From Candidatus Omnitrophota bacterium (GTDB lineage Bacteria; Omnitrophota; Gorgyraeia; Zapsychrales; Fredricksoniimonadaceae), in NCBI GenBank assembly GCA_903944345.1, contig CAJARJ010000019.1:7480-71479 (forward strand): a DNA stretch of 64,000 nt, in the 5' to 3' direction. Both the position numbers and the translations under genes were made by a program. The stretch's first letter is position 1, and the number at the start of each line of letters is the position of its first letter. Positions 22,553 to 31,930 of the stretch are shown here, one piece after another. The notes below the pieces were generated by a model, which was not told the DNA's origin, ran no database searches, and was given only the letters and a program-made list of their open reading frames with translations.

Positions 22553-22629
22553 GACCCCATCGTCTAGTCTGGTCAGGACACAAGCTTTTCAAGCTTGGAA
22601 CGCGGGTTCAAATCCCGCTGGGGTCGCCA
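22553..22629 (+). tRNA. tRNA-Glu (anticodon TTC), CCA encoded
   Basis: GACCCCATCGTCTAGTCTGGTCAGGACACAAGCTTTTCAAGCTTGGAACGCGGGTTCAAATCCCGCTGGGGTCGCCA. Acceptor GACCCCA/TGGGGTC; anticodon loop TTTTCAA; T-loop TTCAAAT. Confidence 0.92.
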
Positions 22630-22744
22630 TAATTTTTTCTCATCCGCTGATTCCGAGTGTTCAAAGCTTTCCCTTTCCAAGTCCGGCAAAAAGATTAAAT
22701 ATTAGGATATAAAGTCATAAAAAAGGTTATAGTAGGATTACTAT

Positions 22745-23740
22745 ATGTCTAAGAAAGTTGTCAAAATAGCTGTTAGTGGTGCGGCAGGTCAAATAGGCTA
22801 CTCGCTGTTGTTTCGTCTGGCAGCGGCCCAATTATTCGCAATGGACTGCCGTATTGAGTTAAGCCTGCTGGAACTTGAACCAGCAATGTCTGCCCTTAAA
22901 GGCGTTGTTATGGAGCTGGAGGATTGCGCTTTTCCGCAGTTAGCCAGTATCAAAATTTCATCCGATCCATATGAAGCTTTTGCGGATGCCGACTGGGCAC
23001 TTTTGGTGGGTGCCGCTCCACGGAAAGCCGGAATGGAGAGAGCGGATTTGTTAAAGATTAATGCGTCTATCTTCTTGCAACAGGGCCGGGCATTAGCTGC
23101 AGCCGCACGCAAGGACTGTCGAGTGCTTGTGGTCGGGAATCCTTGTAATACCAATGCTTTTATTGTTAAAGAAAGCGCAGTTGGCTTAGATCCAAAAAAT
23201 ATTTTTGCCATGATGATGCTTGACCAGAACCGGGCGGCAGCACAAATAGCTCGTAGGGCGGCAGTGGACGTTACCGAGATCAGGCGGATTGGAATATGGG
23301 GGAATCATTCAACAACACAGTTTCCAGATTTTTATCATGCCACTATTTCCGGCCGAAATGTTCGCGATGTTATTGCCGATGACAGGTGGCTCCAGACTTT
23401 TTTTATTGAGACTGTTCAGAATCGCGGGGCAGACATAATCAAGTCCAGAGGCATGTCTTCAGCTGCTTCAGCTGCTAATGCCGTTGTCGACACGATGGCT
23501 GCAATCCTCACGCCAACCCTTGAGAATGATTTTTTTTCTGTCGCACAGATATCATGCGGTGAATATGGCGTGCCGGAGGGATTGATTTTCGGATATCCCG
23601 TATGTTCAAACGGTACCCGACTTATGGTTGTTTCGGGGCTGACGCATGAAATTTTTGCGGAACAGAAGATTAAGGCGACCATACAAGAGCTGGTACAGGA
23701 AAGGGATGCGGTCAAGGATGTTCTTAAAAAACAGCACTAG
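22745..23740 (+). CDS. mdh: Malate dehydrogenase (NAD-dependent, cytosolic/LDH-like type 2 family)
   Basis: 331 aa; N-terminal Rossmann VKIAVSGAAGQIGYSLLFRLAA, characteristic of type-2 MDH; catalytic IWGNHS. Confidence 0.88.
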   Translation: MSKKVVKIAVSGAAGQIGYSLLFRLAAAQLFAMDCRIELSLLELEPAMSALKGVVMELEDCAFPQLASIKISSDPYEAFADADWALLVGAAPRKAGMERADLLKINASIFLQQGRALAAAARKDCRVLVVGNPCNTNAFIVKESAVGLDPKNIFAMMMLDQNRAAAQIARRAAVDVTEIRRIGIWGNHSTTQFPDFYHATISGRNVRDVIADDRWLQTFFIETVQNRGADIIKSRGMSSAASAANAVVDTMAAILTPTLENDFFSVAQISCGEYGVPEGLIFGYPVCSNGTRLMVVSGLTHEIFAEQKIKATIQELVQERDAVKDVLKKQH

Positions 23741-23812
23741 TTTTTTGAATGCCTGCTTGTTTTCCCGTAGTTAAAAGATATAATCTGATTATCTTAAATA
23801 AACGGAGGAGTT

Positions 23813-24775
23813 ATGATGGATTTCACCAGGACTAGAGCGGTAATTTTTACCGGCTTGATAGTATTGTTATCAACCGGATGTGATGCGTTTGTTTCCAAGC
23901 CAAAAACAACCAGCAAAAGTAGTTCGCGTTCAGCGGCAACAGATGCCAAGAAGGTTGATGTTGCGGCGATCAAATCAGAATCTGCAGCCAAGATGCTTAC
24001 CGAGCCGTTACCGGCTGGCGTTGTTGCCAAAGTCGGAGAATGGACGCTAACTCTTGAGGAATTTGAGGGGCGACTGAAAGGTGTCAAACAGGTTGTTCCG
24101 GATTTTGATGCGCGCGAGCCAGGCGCAAAAGAGGCCGTTCTCGATGAGCTTTTGCGTCAGCAATTGTTGGTTTACGAAGGTCGCCGTCAGAAGGTTGATC
24201 AGACGCAAGATATACGCAATGCGGTGAAAGATTTCGAGAACACCCTAATTGTTAGGGAGTTTGCCGAAAGCTTGGTGAAGGGCGTTCTGGCGACCGAGCA
24301 GGACGCGCGCGAATATTATGATGCTAACCCAGATGTGTTTATAGTTCCGGTTGAGAAAAGGGTTCGTGAAATTGTTTTGTTGACGGAAGCCGAAGCCAAG
24401 AGCGTTCTGGTTGAGCTTTTGCAGGGGGCGGACTTTGCACAGATAGCCAAAGACCGATCTAAAGGTAAATCGGCAGTTCTGGAAGGCGATTTGGGTTATT
24501 TAACGGAACCCCCTTTTGAGCTTATGAAAAAAGAGATCGATCCGCTGAAGAAGGGGGAGATATCCCGTGTTTTTAGCGGACCAGAAGGGTATTATCTGGT
24601 CAAGGTAGAAGATGTGCGTGGCGGAAACAAGCAACCATATGCTGAGATTGAAACGGATTTGGTTAAATGGCTTACCGGACAGAAACAGCAGCAGGCGGTT
24701 ATGGAGGTCATAGCCAAAACGGCTGAGACCGTCAAGGTTCAGGTGAATGCCGAATTACTTAAGGGCGACAAGTAA
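23813..24775 (+). CDS. Parvulin-type peptidyl-prolyl isomerase lipoprotein (SurA/PrsA-like)
   Basis: 320 aa; lipobox LLSTGC at residues 19-23; SurA-like chaperone N-region; PpiC domain DFAQIAKDRSKGKSAVLEGDLGYLTEPPFELMKK...GPEGYYLVKVEDV. Confidence 0.75.
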   Translation: MMDFTRTRAVIFTGLIVLLSTGCDAFVSKPKTTSKSSSRSAATDAKKVDVAAIKSESAAKMLTEPLPAGVVAKVGEWTLTLEEFEGRLKGVKQVVPDFDAREPGAKEAVLDELLRQQLLVYEGRRQKVDQTQDIRNAVKDFENTLIVREFAESLVKGVLATEQDAREYYDANPDVFIVPVEKRVREIVLLTEAEAKSVLVELLQGADFAQIAKDRSKGKSAVLEGDLGYLTEPPFELMKKEIDPLKKGEISRVFSGPEGYYLVKVEDVRGGNKQPYAEIETDLVKWLTGQKQQQAVMEVIAKTAETVKVQVNAELLKGDK

Positions 24776-24789
24776 CCGGGAGACAAGAT

Positions 24790-25701
24790 ATGGATCTTTT
24801 CGAAAACAAAAAGCAGTTGATCATGATTGCCGCCGCTGTTGTGATCGGCATTGTGGCTTCTGTCATGGTTGCTGGTTTTGTTTCGACGCGCATTAACGAG
24901 GAAACACAAATTTTGGCAGATCGATATCAACAGGCACAGAAGCAGAGAGAGCAGCAATATAACGAGCAAATGGCGGGAATGAATCAGAAAATTGCCGCAA
25001 TGGATCAAAATTACAAAAAAGCCATTGAGGAGTCCAGTCGGGCGGCCGACAAGCGACTGGCAGATGCTGTCGCAGCTGCTAAAGCCGCAGCTGCAGCTGA
25101 ATCAGCCAGAAAGGCGACCGAAGATGCTCAAAAGAATCCGCCCAAAAAGCCAAAACCTTCTCTGGCATTACGTACTCCTGCCGGGAAAAGGGCGATCACA
25201 TTAAAGATAGAGTCTATTGGCGCGGTTGGGGGGTTAATTAATCCGGGAGATTACGTTGACATTATTGCGCACTTGAATCTTCCCGCTGAGCCCGTTGCTG
25301 ACAAACAAAAAAAAGTTGTTACGGCCATGATTTTTCAGAGGGTGCAGATATTGGCTGTGAATACAAATCTTGATCAGATGGGGGAGTACGATGCTCAGCA
25401 GAAAGATGCTGCGCTGAAAATAACCTTTGCGGTTGACCCTCAGGAAGCTGGCCTTTTATCATTTGCAGAAAAGAACGGAAAATTGGAAATGGCTCTACGA
25501 GGCCCCAATGAAAGCAAGAGTGTGATGCTATCTAGTGCGACCTGGTCGACACTTGCCGAGTATGTTCTGGAAAATAGTGGCGCGGATTTGAAGATTCCCG
25601 ATTCAGAGTGGGGGGAAGAGGCACCTGTGGCTGAAGTGGAAACTGTTGACGTTGTTGAAGCTAAACCGTACATTCCGGTCTATCGGGGTGGAAAGGAGTA
25701 G
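24790..25701 (+). CDS. cpaB: Flp pilus assembly protein CpaB/RcpC-like (SAF domain) with an Ala/Lys-rich insert
   Basis: 303 aa; N-terminal TM (IMIAAAVVIGIVASVMVAGFV); SAF-like RAITLKIESIGAVGGLINPGDYVDIIA and QRVQILAVNT motifs; immediately upstream of the secretin. Confidence 0.72.
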   Translation: MDLFENKKQLIMIAAAVVIGIVASVMVAGFVSTRINEETQILADRYQQAQKQREQQYNEQMAGMNQKIAAMDQNYKKAIEESSRAADKRLADAVAAAKAAAAAESARKATEDAQKNPPKKPKPSLALRTPAGKRAITLKIESIGAVGGLINPGDYVDIIAHLNLPAEPVADKQKKVVTAMIFQRVQILAVNTNLDQMGEYDAQQKDAALKITFAVDPQEAGLLSFAEKNGKLEMALRGPNESKSVMLSSATWSTLAEYVLENSGADLKIPDSEWGEEAPVAEVETVDVVEAKPYIPVYRGGKE

Positions 25702-25704
25702 GGA

Positions 25705-27378
25705 ATGTTGGCGTCAATAAATAGAAAATCGGTTGTTTTTGACCGCTCACTCAGGCTTGTTTTGATTCTTTGCCTTTTATCGTTTACTTCTGTCACGGTT
25801 CATGGGGCGGGAAATTTTGATCAGGTTCAGATTCTTAAAGGTGACATGGTCAAGATAGACACCAAAGCGCTAACTAAAGTGTCGATTACGGATCCTGAAA
25901 TTGCAGATATTAGTGGAGCCTCCGCAGAAGGCATCACTGTTATTGGAAAAGAAACAGGCCAGACTGTGTTATTTATCTGGGACGGCGATGTCAAGACAAC
26001 TACGATTGTTCAGGTAGTTCCTGAAAATACTGCATACCTTAAGAGTCGCGCCGAAAGCCTTTTGTTTAGTGCCAACATTCATGAGGTGATAGTTTCAGAA
26101 AGTCCTTATGAAGGTCGGATTGTTTTGACCGGAGAGTTGACGGCCGAAAAAAGAAACATTATGGAGAAGGCGCTTGAGCCATTATTTGGTAAGTATTTGA
26201 ATTTGGTAGGTGATGCGGTCAGTGAGGATATGATACAGATCGATATGCAGGTTACGGATTTATCGACAACTTTGACTAAAGAGCTGGGGGTTGATTGGTT
26301 TTCCGGTACGCAGTCAGGTGATGGAGCCACAGGGAAAGTAACTGGAACTATTGGTGATGGTCTAAATCCCATGGCGGTCGAGGTTCCTCCTGATCAAGCC
26401 GGAACATTTAATGATATGTTCAAGATAGGAAACTTCTATCGTTCAACTGATAGTGCGTTAATAGCCAAAATTAATGCCTTAATTATAGAAGGTCGGGCTC
26501 GCGTTTTGTCCAAGCCGAGGCTTGTTGTCATGAGCGGGAAGCAGGCAACGTTTCTTGTTGGTGGAGAAATCCCGATCAGAACGACAACAACTAATGCCAG
26601 TGGTGGGTCAACGCAGGAAAATGTCGAATACAAAGAGTATGGGGTGAGCTTGATGATGACCCCAACGATTCGTAACGACAAAGTCGACTTGTTGATGAAT
26701 GTTGAAATTAGTGATATTGATGCGGCCAATTCGAGCGGAGATGATGTAGCTTTTACGACTCGCACCGCCCAAACGCAGCTTTTTTTGGATGATCGACAGA
26801 CTATCGTTCTGGCCGGCCTGATACGCAAGCAGGATGGGGTTACCGTCCGAAAAGTTCCTTTGTTGGGAAGTATTCCAGTTCTGGGGATGCTTTTTCGTAG
26901 CAAAAAGACTCCTGCTAATGTCGGGGACAGTGAACTAGTTATCTCCCTGACACCGACGATTATTGCATCAGCCAATAAGAATAAAGGGGCGCGCGCCTTT
27001 CAGGCAAAAAAAGGTGGTTCTGCGAATTTTGAGCGGGATCTGTCTTCTTCATACGTTTCGGTGTCTCAAGCGTTGGCCCCGTATGCCAGACAGGTTCAGG
27101 AAAAGATATCTGCATTTATTGTTTTTCCTTATGAGGCGCGTAGAAATGGCTGGGAGGGTGTCGTAAAATTGGCTCTCATTATCAAACGCGACGGCTCCTT
27201 GAGGGATGCTTTTATTCAGGAATCTTCGGGATATGAAATTTTTGATTTGGATGCTCTTAATACAGCGCGGGGGCTTTCCCCATATTTTCCAATCCCGGAT
27301 GATATTCGCAGTGACGAAGTTTCGGTAACAATACCAATAGCCTATAGATTTGATTCTGTTAATCAAAAAGTTCAATAA
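25705..27378 (+). CDS. cpaC: Tad-type secretin (CpaC/RcpA) with a C-terminal TonB-C-like domain
   Basis: 557 aa; signal peptide; secretin C-domain (LVVMSGKQATFLVGGEIPIRTTTTNASGG...VPLLGSIPVLGMLFRSKKT...SELVISLTPTII); then an extra ~100 aa FIVFPYEARRNGWEGVVKLALIIKRDGSLRDAFIQESSGYEIFDLDALNTARGLSPYFPIP matching the TonB C-terminal fold consensus. Confidence 0.88.
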   Translation: MLASINRKSVVFDRSLRLVLILCLLSFTSVTVHGAGNFDQVQILKGDMVKIDTKALTKVSITDPEIADISGASAEGITVIGKETGQTVLFIWDGDVKTTTIVQVVPENTAYLKSRAESLLFSANIHEVIVSESPYEGRIVLTGELTAEKRNIMEKALEPLFGKYLNLVGDAVSEDMIQIDMQVTDLSTTLTKELGVDWFSGTQSGDGATGKVTGTIGDGLNPMAVEVPPDQAGTFNDMFKIGNFYRSTDSALIAKINALIIEGRARVLSKPRLVVMSGKQATFLVGGEIPIRTTTTNASGGSTQENVEYKEYGVSLMMTPTIRNDKVDLLMNVEISDIDAANSSGDDVAFTTRTAQTQLFLDDRQTIVLAGLIRKQDGVTVRKVPLLGSIPVLGMLFRSKKTPANVGDSELVISLTPTIIASANKNKGARAFQAKKGGSANFERDLSSSYVSVSQALAPYARQVQEKISAFIVFPYEARRNGWEGVVKLALIIKRDGSLRDAFIQESSGYEIFDLDALNTARGLSPYFPIPDDIRSDEVSVTIPIAYRFDSVNQKVQ

Positions 27379-27396
27379 ATAATTGTTTCAGAAATT

Positions 27397-29571
27397 ATGG
27401 CAGCTAAAACGATAACAGTATTTAGTAATAAAGGCGGCGTCGGGAAGACATTTCTCTGCGTTAATAGTGCCTGTTCGCTGGCTTTGTCTGGTAAAAAAGT
27501 TCTTCTGATTGATCTGGATTTCCAGGCAGGACAGGATATGGCGCGCATGCTGAATCTTGTTCCGCGCAGCTCTATTGTTGAATCTTTTTCTCAGTTGGAG
27601 AATCAGGAAGATCCTGCGGTCATCAAGAAATTCGTCATGACTCACGCCATTGGCGTAGATTTTATTTCTGCAGTTTTAAGTTATCGGGAAATGGGGCAGA
27701 TTACTCCAGATAATATACGACCGTTTCTGAGAAAGGCTCAGCAGCTTTACGATTTCATCATTATTGATGTTGGAAAATCATTTACCGAAGTCCTGCTTTC
27801 AGTGTTGGACATGTCCAATCTTATTTTGCTTGCCGTTACTCCTGATATTTTAGCGGTATACCAGATCAAATGGGGCCTAGAGTTGTTGCAAAGCCAGCAT
27901 TTTCCGATGAAAATGATTAAAGCCGTTTTAAATCGTTCGGAAAGTCAAGGCGGAGTTGTGTGGCAGGAAGTTAAGGCGGCGTTAGGTTGCGATATTCTTG
28001 CCAGAATCCCATCAGACGGAAAAGTTGTCGGAAGTGCTCTTAATCGTGGAATTCCATGTGTGGTCGACAGTCCGCGGGCGCGTGTTTCTATGGCATTTTC
28101 GGATCTGGCAGAAATGCTGTGCAACGAAAACAATTATGTGCAGACCACGGAAGTCCTAAGGGTTCGCATAGTCGATGATAAAAAGCAGGATAATTTCTGG
28201 GAAAAGTTTGGTATTACGGAAAAAGCTTCCGGTTCACCAATAAAATATTCAAGCCAAAAAGATGAAGACGAAGGGGTTCGGCTTAAAAAAAGGATTCATG
28301 CAAAACTTGTTGATCGCATGAACCTCAAATCGATAACACCGGAAGCATTGGCAGACCCCGAGCAGGCGGCTAATATTAAGAAACAGGCTGAACGAATTAT
28401 TGTGGATCTCATCACTGAGGAGGCTGGAGCGATTGTTTCTTCTCATCAGGAAAGATCCAAGCTTGTTACCGAAATAGTTAATGAGGCGCTTGGGCTTGGT
28501 CCGTTGGAGGATTTGCTGGCAGATAATGCTATTACGGATATCATGGTTAATAACAAGGATGAGATCTATATTGAGAAATCCGGAAAAATTTTCCTGACCG
28601 GGCGAAAATTTATTTCAGATCAGCAGGTTCGCTCGACAATCGATCGCATTATTGCACCCTTAGGAAGGCGTATTGACGAATCTGTGCCAATGGTGGATGC
28701 TCGTTTGCCGGATGGATCGCGTGTCAATGCTATCATTCCTCCGCTTTCTTTGCGGGGCCCGATGATCACAATTCGTAAGTTTGCCCAGGATCGGTATACG
28801 GTAGAAGATCTTTTACAGCGTTTTCATAGCCTTTCGCGTCCGATGGCGGATTTTATTCAGGCCGCTGTTGTTAGCCGCAAGAATATGCTTGTGTCCGGCG
28901 GGACGGGTTCAGGAAAAACGACCCTCCTTAATATTATTTCAAATAATATTCCGGATGGTGAAAGAATTATTACACTGGAAGATGCGGCCGAGCTCAAGCT
29001 GATCAAGCCGCACTGGGCGCGCCTTGAGTCGAGGCCCCCGAACGTTGAGGGTAAAGGAGCGATTACGATAAGGGATCTTTTTATCAATACCCTGCGTATG
29101 CGGCCAGATCGAATTATTATTGGTGAGTGCCGTGGCCCGGAAGTTCTGGACATGCTACAGGCCATGAATACTGGCCACGATGGATCGCTAACAACCATCC
29201 ATGCGAATTCCACCAGAGATGCCGTAACCCGGCTCAATTCCCTCATTCTTTTAAGTGGAGTAGAGCTACCGTTACAAGCGGTTTATGACATGATTGCGTC
29301 GGCGTTGGATATTATTGTTCAAGTTGCCCGCTTATCGGATGGATCCCGTAAAATTATAGGGATTTCCGAATTAACCGGACGCATTGTGAACGGACTGCCT
29401 GAACTTAAAGATATTTTCGAATTTCGTCATACGGGAATAGATAAAGATGGCCGGGTGATGGGGGATTTTGTGCCAACAGGATATGTACCCGAGTGCTACG
29501 ATGATTTTGTTAAACGCGGGGTTGCTCTCTCTAAAGAAATATTTTCTATAGACCACGTTGTTTCCGCCTGA
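27397..29571 (+). CDS. tadA: Fused TadZ/CpaE-like (MinD/ParA ATPase domain) and TadA/CpaF secretion ATPase
   Basis: 724 aa. N-terminal ~250 aa has the deviant Walker A VFSNKGGVGKTFLCVNSACSLALSGKKVLLIDLD (MinD/ParA/CpaE). A K/E-rich linker follows. C-terminal ~450 aa is a CpaF/VirB11-family ATPase (Walker A LVSGGTGSGKTTLLN, IGECRGPE, His-box TIHANS). Confidence 0.85.
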   Translation: MAAKTITVFSNKGGVGKTFLCVNSACSLALSGKKVLLIDLDFQAGQDMARMLNLVPRSSIVESFSQLENQEDPAVIKKFVMTHAIGVDFISAVLSYREMGQITPDNIRPFLRKAQQLYDFIIIDVGKSFTEVLLSVLDMSNLILLAVTPDILAVYQIKWGLELLQSQHFPMKMIKAVLNRSESQGGVVWQEVKAALGCDILARIPSDGKVVGSALNRGIPCVVDSPRARVSMAFSDLAEMLCNENNYVQTTEVLRVRIVDDKKQDNFWEKFGITEKASGSPIKYSSQKDEDEGVRLKKRIHAKLVDRMNLKSITPEALADPEQAANIKKQAERIIVDLITEEAGAIVSSHQERSKLVTEIVNEALGLGPLEDLLADNAITDIMVNNKDEIYIEKSGKIFLTGRKFISDQQVRSTIDRIIAPLGRRIDESVPMVDARLPDGSRVNAIIPPLSLRGPMITIRKFAQDRYTVEDLLQRFHSLSRPMADFIQAAVVSRKNMLVSGGTGSGKTTLLNIISNNIPDGERIITLEDAAELKLIKPHWARLESRPPNVEGKGAITIRDLFINTLRMRPDRIIIGECRGPEVLDMLQAMNTGHDGSLTTIHANSTRDAVTRLNSLILLSGVELPLQAVYDMIASALDIIVQVARLSDGSRKIIGISELTGRIVNGLPELKDIFEFRHTGIDKDGRVMGDFVPTGYVPECYDDFVKRGVALSKEIFSIDHVVSA

Positions 29572-29574
29572 ATA

Positions 29575-29916
29575 ATGACTGCATATAATATTTCTCGCCA
29601 GACTTTAATTGCAAAACAAGTGCGGTTCGCAGATAGCCCATGGGCGCGCATGAAGGGCTTATTGGGACGCGACTCCTTGAATTCTGATGAGGGATTACTT
29701 ATAACCTGTTGCAATTCAATTCACATGTTTTTTATGCGGTTTTCCATTGATGCTATTTTCTTAGACCGTAATAATAGTGTTGTTGGACTTGTTTGTGCAA
29801 TTCCGCCGTTTTCTTTAAGTCCTGTTTTCTGGAATGCTTCCAAGGTGCTGGAATTGTCAAGTGGCACCATAAAGTTATCAGGTACAGAACTTAACGACAA
29901 GATTGAAATTTCCTGA
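29575..29916 (+). CDS. DUF192 family protein
   Basis: 113 aa; conserved DUF192 core IHMFFMRFSIDAIFLD. Confidence 0.7.
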   Translation: MTAYNISRQTLIAKQVRFADSPWARMKGLLGRDSLNSDEGLLITCCNSIHMFFMRFSIDAIFLDRNNSVVGLVCAIPPFSLSPVFWNASKVLELSSGTIKLSGTELNDKIEIS

Positions 29917-30027
29917 GTATATACTTCCGCGAAAAAGATTACTTAAACCTTTCTCACATATCATAAAAGTGCTAAATTAAAACTGTCCACTCTGGACATT
30001 AATCTCGGTTATCAGGATTGGCAAGAT

Positions 30028-31833
30028 ATGGGAGTAACTTACAAATTAAAATCAGAAGTGGTTGATTTTATAGTAGAGAGCAAGCGGAGTGTCCCCTCGC
30101 TAAGTTGCCGGAAGCTGGTTGATCTTGTTCGGCAGCGTTTCTCGATGGATGTTTCGAAATCTTCGATTAATGCAGTTCTTAAAGAGTCTGACTTGAGCAG
30201 CCCAGTTGGACGCCATCCCAAGGGGGTTCCGCTTAAGAATTTTTTTATTCCCAAAGAGAAAAAAGAAAGCTTATTGCAGCAGGTTCAGCCATTTCTTGTT
30301 CCGGAAACTGTTGAGGTTGAGCCGTTGATGGAATTAAGGGAGGATTTTATCCAGCAGTTACCCCCGGAATTACCGCAAGTTGCGCAAAGCGACCAGCCTT
30401 TGAGGCTGGCGCCGGATATCATGAAGCTTGGCTTAGTAGAAGATGTTGCGCCAGAAGACTTTATATTACCGGAAAAGCCTTCAAATTTGAGCGACCCGGA
30501 GCCGGAACAAATTTGGAACATTTCAGATAATTTGCTATTTGAAAAAGGCGGAGCAATTTTTTTTGCTGCCATGTGGTGGCAACGGGCAAGATCTCCGGTG
30601 ATTGGTCAGGCTGTATGGCGCAGTGGTATTTTTGATGGCGGGCGTTTTCTTGAGACTGACTTTATACAATGGCTGGAAGGTCTCTTTTTGTTTCAAGCGA
30701 TTTTCGAAAAAAAGCAAGAGGACTTCTCGCGCGAAGAAATGCGAACGCTTACGGCGCTTTTTGCACACAAACAAACCGATCTTCCTGTGCCCTTAATAAG
30801 GAAGGAAGCATCAGCCGAGGAAAACAGGCGGTTGGCTTGGGACATTGAATCGGCATTGGCAGAAGCTTTTAGCATGGTTAGTTGTTATGAGCTGATCACC
30901 AGATCGGGTCGCAAAGTGCTGATGAATGCTTTTTTAGCCGGTTTTTTGCAGAATTTGCAGGAGGCAGGAAATTCTAGTCTTCCATTATTTTTTGCAATTG
31001 AGCGGGTTGCAGACCGTTTGGTGAATAATATTGAGCCATTGACGCTGCTGTATGGCGCTGGTCAAGATCCTTTTTCGCCATTGTTTGCTGAATACTGGGA
31101 TTTATTGACCGGAGAAACGCAAGATCCGATAGATAGAGTACTGGTTCATATGGTGGATGGCCGGGTTTTCCCGATGTTTGAACGTTTGGCGGCGATCAGT
31201 CGTTCGGTTGTTTTAATTGGGCCGGATCGGGAACAGGTTCTATCGGGCATTGATTTCGGGATTATTGCTGATGGCACAGCGTTTCACTGTGCTTTTACAG
31301 AAAGGACAGCTTCTTATTGCAAAGGGCTTGCAACTATTGCTGGAAAGAAAATTTATGCTTTTTGGGTGAGAGGGCTAGATCAGTCAGAACAGAAAATAAT
31401 ATTGACCAATATTTCTGCCAGTGCTTGTACTGATAATGAGATTGTGGCCCTTTTGTTCAGGACTTATGCACAGCAGCCGGTAACGGATATTTCGCAAAAG
31501 CTTCATCCATTGGAAAATCGGCCATTTTTAGTGGAGAAGCAAGGGAATTTGACCACAATTTTTTATACTCTTTATGAGTATCTGCATCGGGAGCTTGTAG
31601 CCAGTGTATTTCCCGTTCTTAGTCAGCTGGCACTTGATGAATTCAGAAATAATGTTTACACCTTACCGGCGCATATTATTAATCAGCCGGGGGCCTTGCT
31701 GGTTCGACTGCAAGCTGAACCCGGACATCCTTTTTTTGATGCCTTGGTTGAGGCGGCCAGATGGATTAATGCCCAGGACATTCGCGATCAACAAGGGCGC
31801 AGGCTGTATCTTTCCGTAGCTTCTTCTAAATAA
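30028..31833 (+). CDS. Hypothetical 601-aa protein with an HTH-like N-terminus
   Basis: Long ORF with protein-like composition; N-terminal ~50 aa (VVDFIVESKRSVPSLSCRKLVDLVRQRFSMDVSKSSINAVLKE) resembles a DNA-binding HTH; remainder unrecognised. Preceded by the palindrome TGTCCACTCTGGACA (29984-29998). Confidence 0.55.
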   Translation: MGVTYKLKSEVVDFIVESKRSVPSLSCRKLVDLVRQRFSMDVSKSSINAVLKESDLSSPVGRHPKGVPLKNFFIPKEKKESLLQQVQPFLVPETVEVEPLMELREDFIQQLPPELPQVAQSDQPLRLAPDIMKLGLVEDVAPEDFILPEKPSNLSDPEPEQIWNISDNLLFEKGGAIFFAAMWWQRARSPVIGQAVWRSGIFDGGRFLETDFIQWLEGLFLFQAIFEKKQEDFSREEMRTLTALFAHKQTDLPVPLIRKEASAEENRRLAWDIESALAEAFSMVSCYELITRSGRKVLMNAFLAGFLQNLQEAGNSSLPLFFAIERVADRLVNNIEPLTLLYGAGQDPFSPLFAEYWDLLTGETQDPIDRVLVHMVDGRVFPMFERLAAISRSVVLIGPDREQVLSGIDFGIIADGTAFHCAFTERTASYCKGLATIAGKKIYAFWVRGLDQSEQKIILTNISASACTDNEIVALLFRTYAQQPVTDISQKLHPLENRPFLVEKQGNLTTIFYTLYEYLHRELVASVFPVLSQLALDEFRNNVYTLPAHIINQPGALLVRLQAEPGHPFFDALVEAARWINAQDIRDQQGRRLYLSVASSK

Positions 31834-31898
31834 AGCACGTTCAGTGGGTTGACGGGAAAAGCTGATATGCTATACTTCAAATGTCTTTAAGAGATAAG

Positions 31899-31930
31899 AG
31901 ATCCTAAAAGCATTAAACAGGATCTTTTTC
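31899..31930 (+). terminator. Putative intrinsic terminator after the 601-aa gene
   Basis: AGATCCT-(13-nt loop)-AGGATCT followed by TTTTTCGCTCTTTT; a second small hairpin CCGCC-ttag-GGCGG at 31944-31957. Confidence 0.45.

Noticed and set aside
30028-31833. 601-aa protein as a DDE transposase / IS element
   Set aside because: An N-terminal HTH alone is not diagnostic. There are no terminal inverted repeats or target-site duplications flanking the gene.
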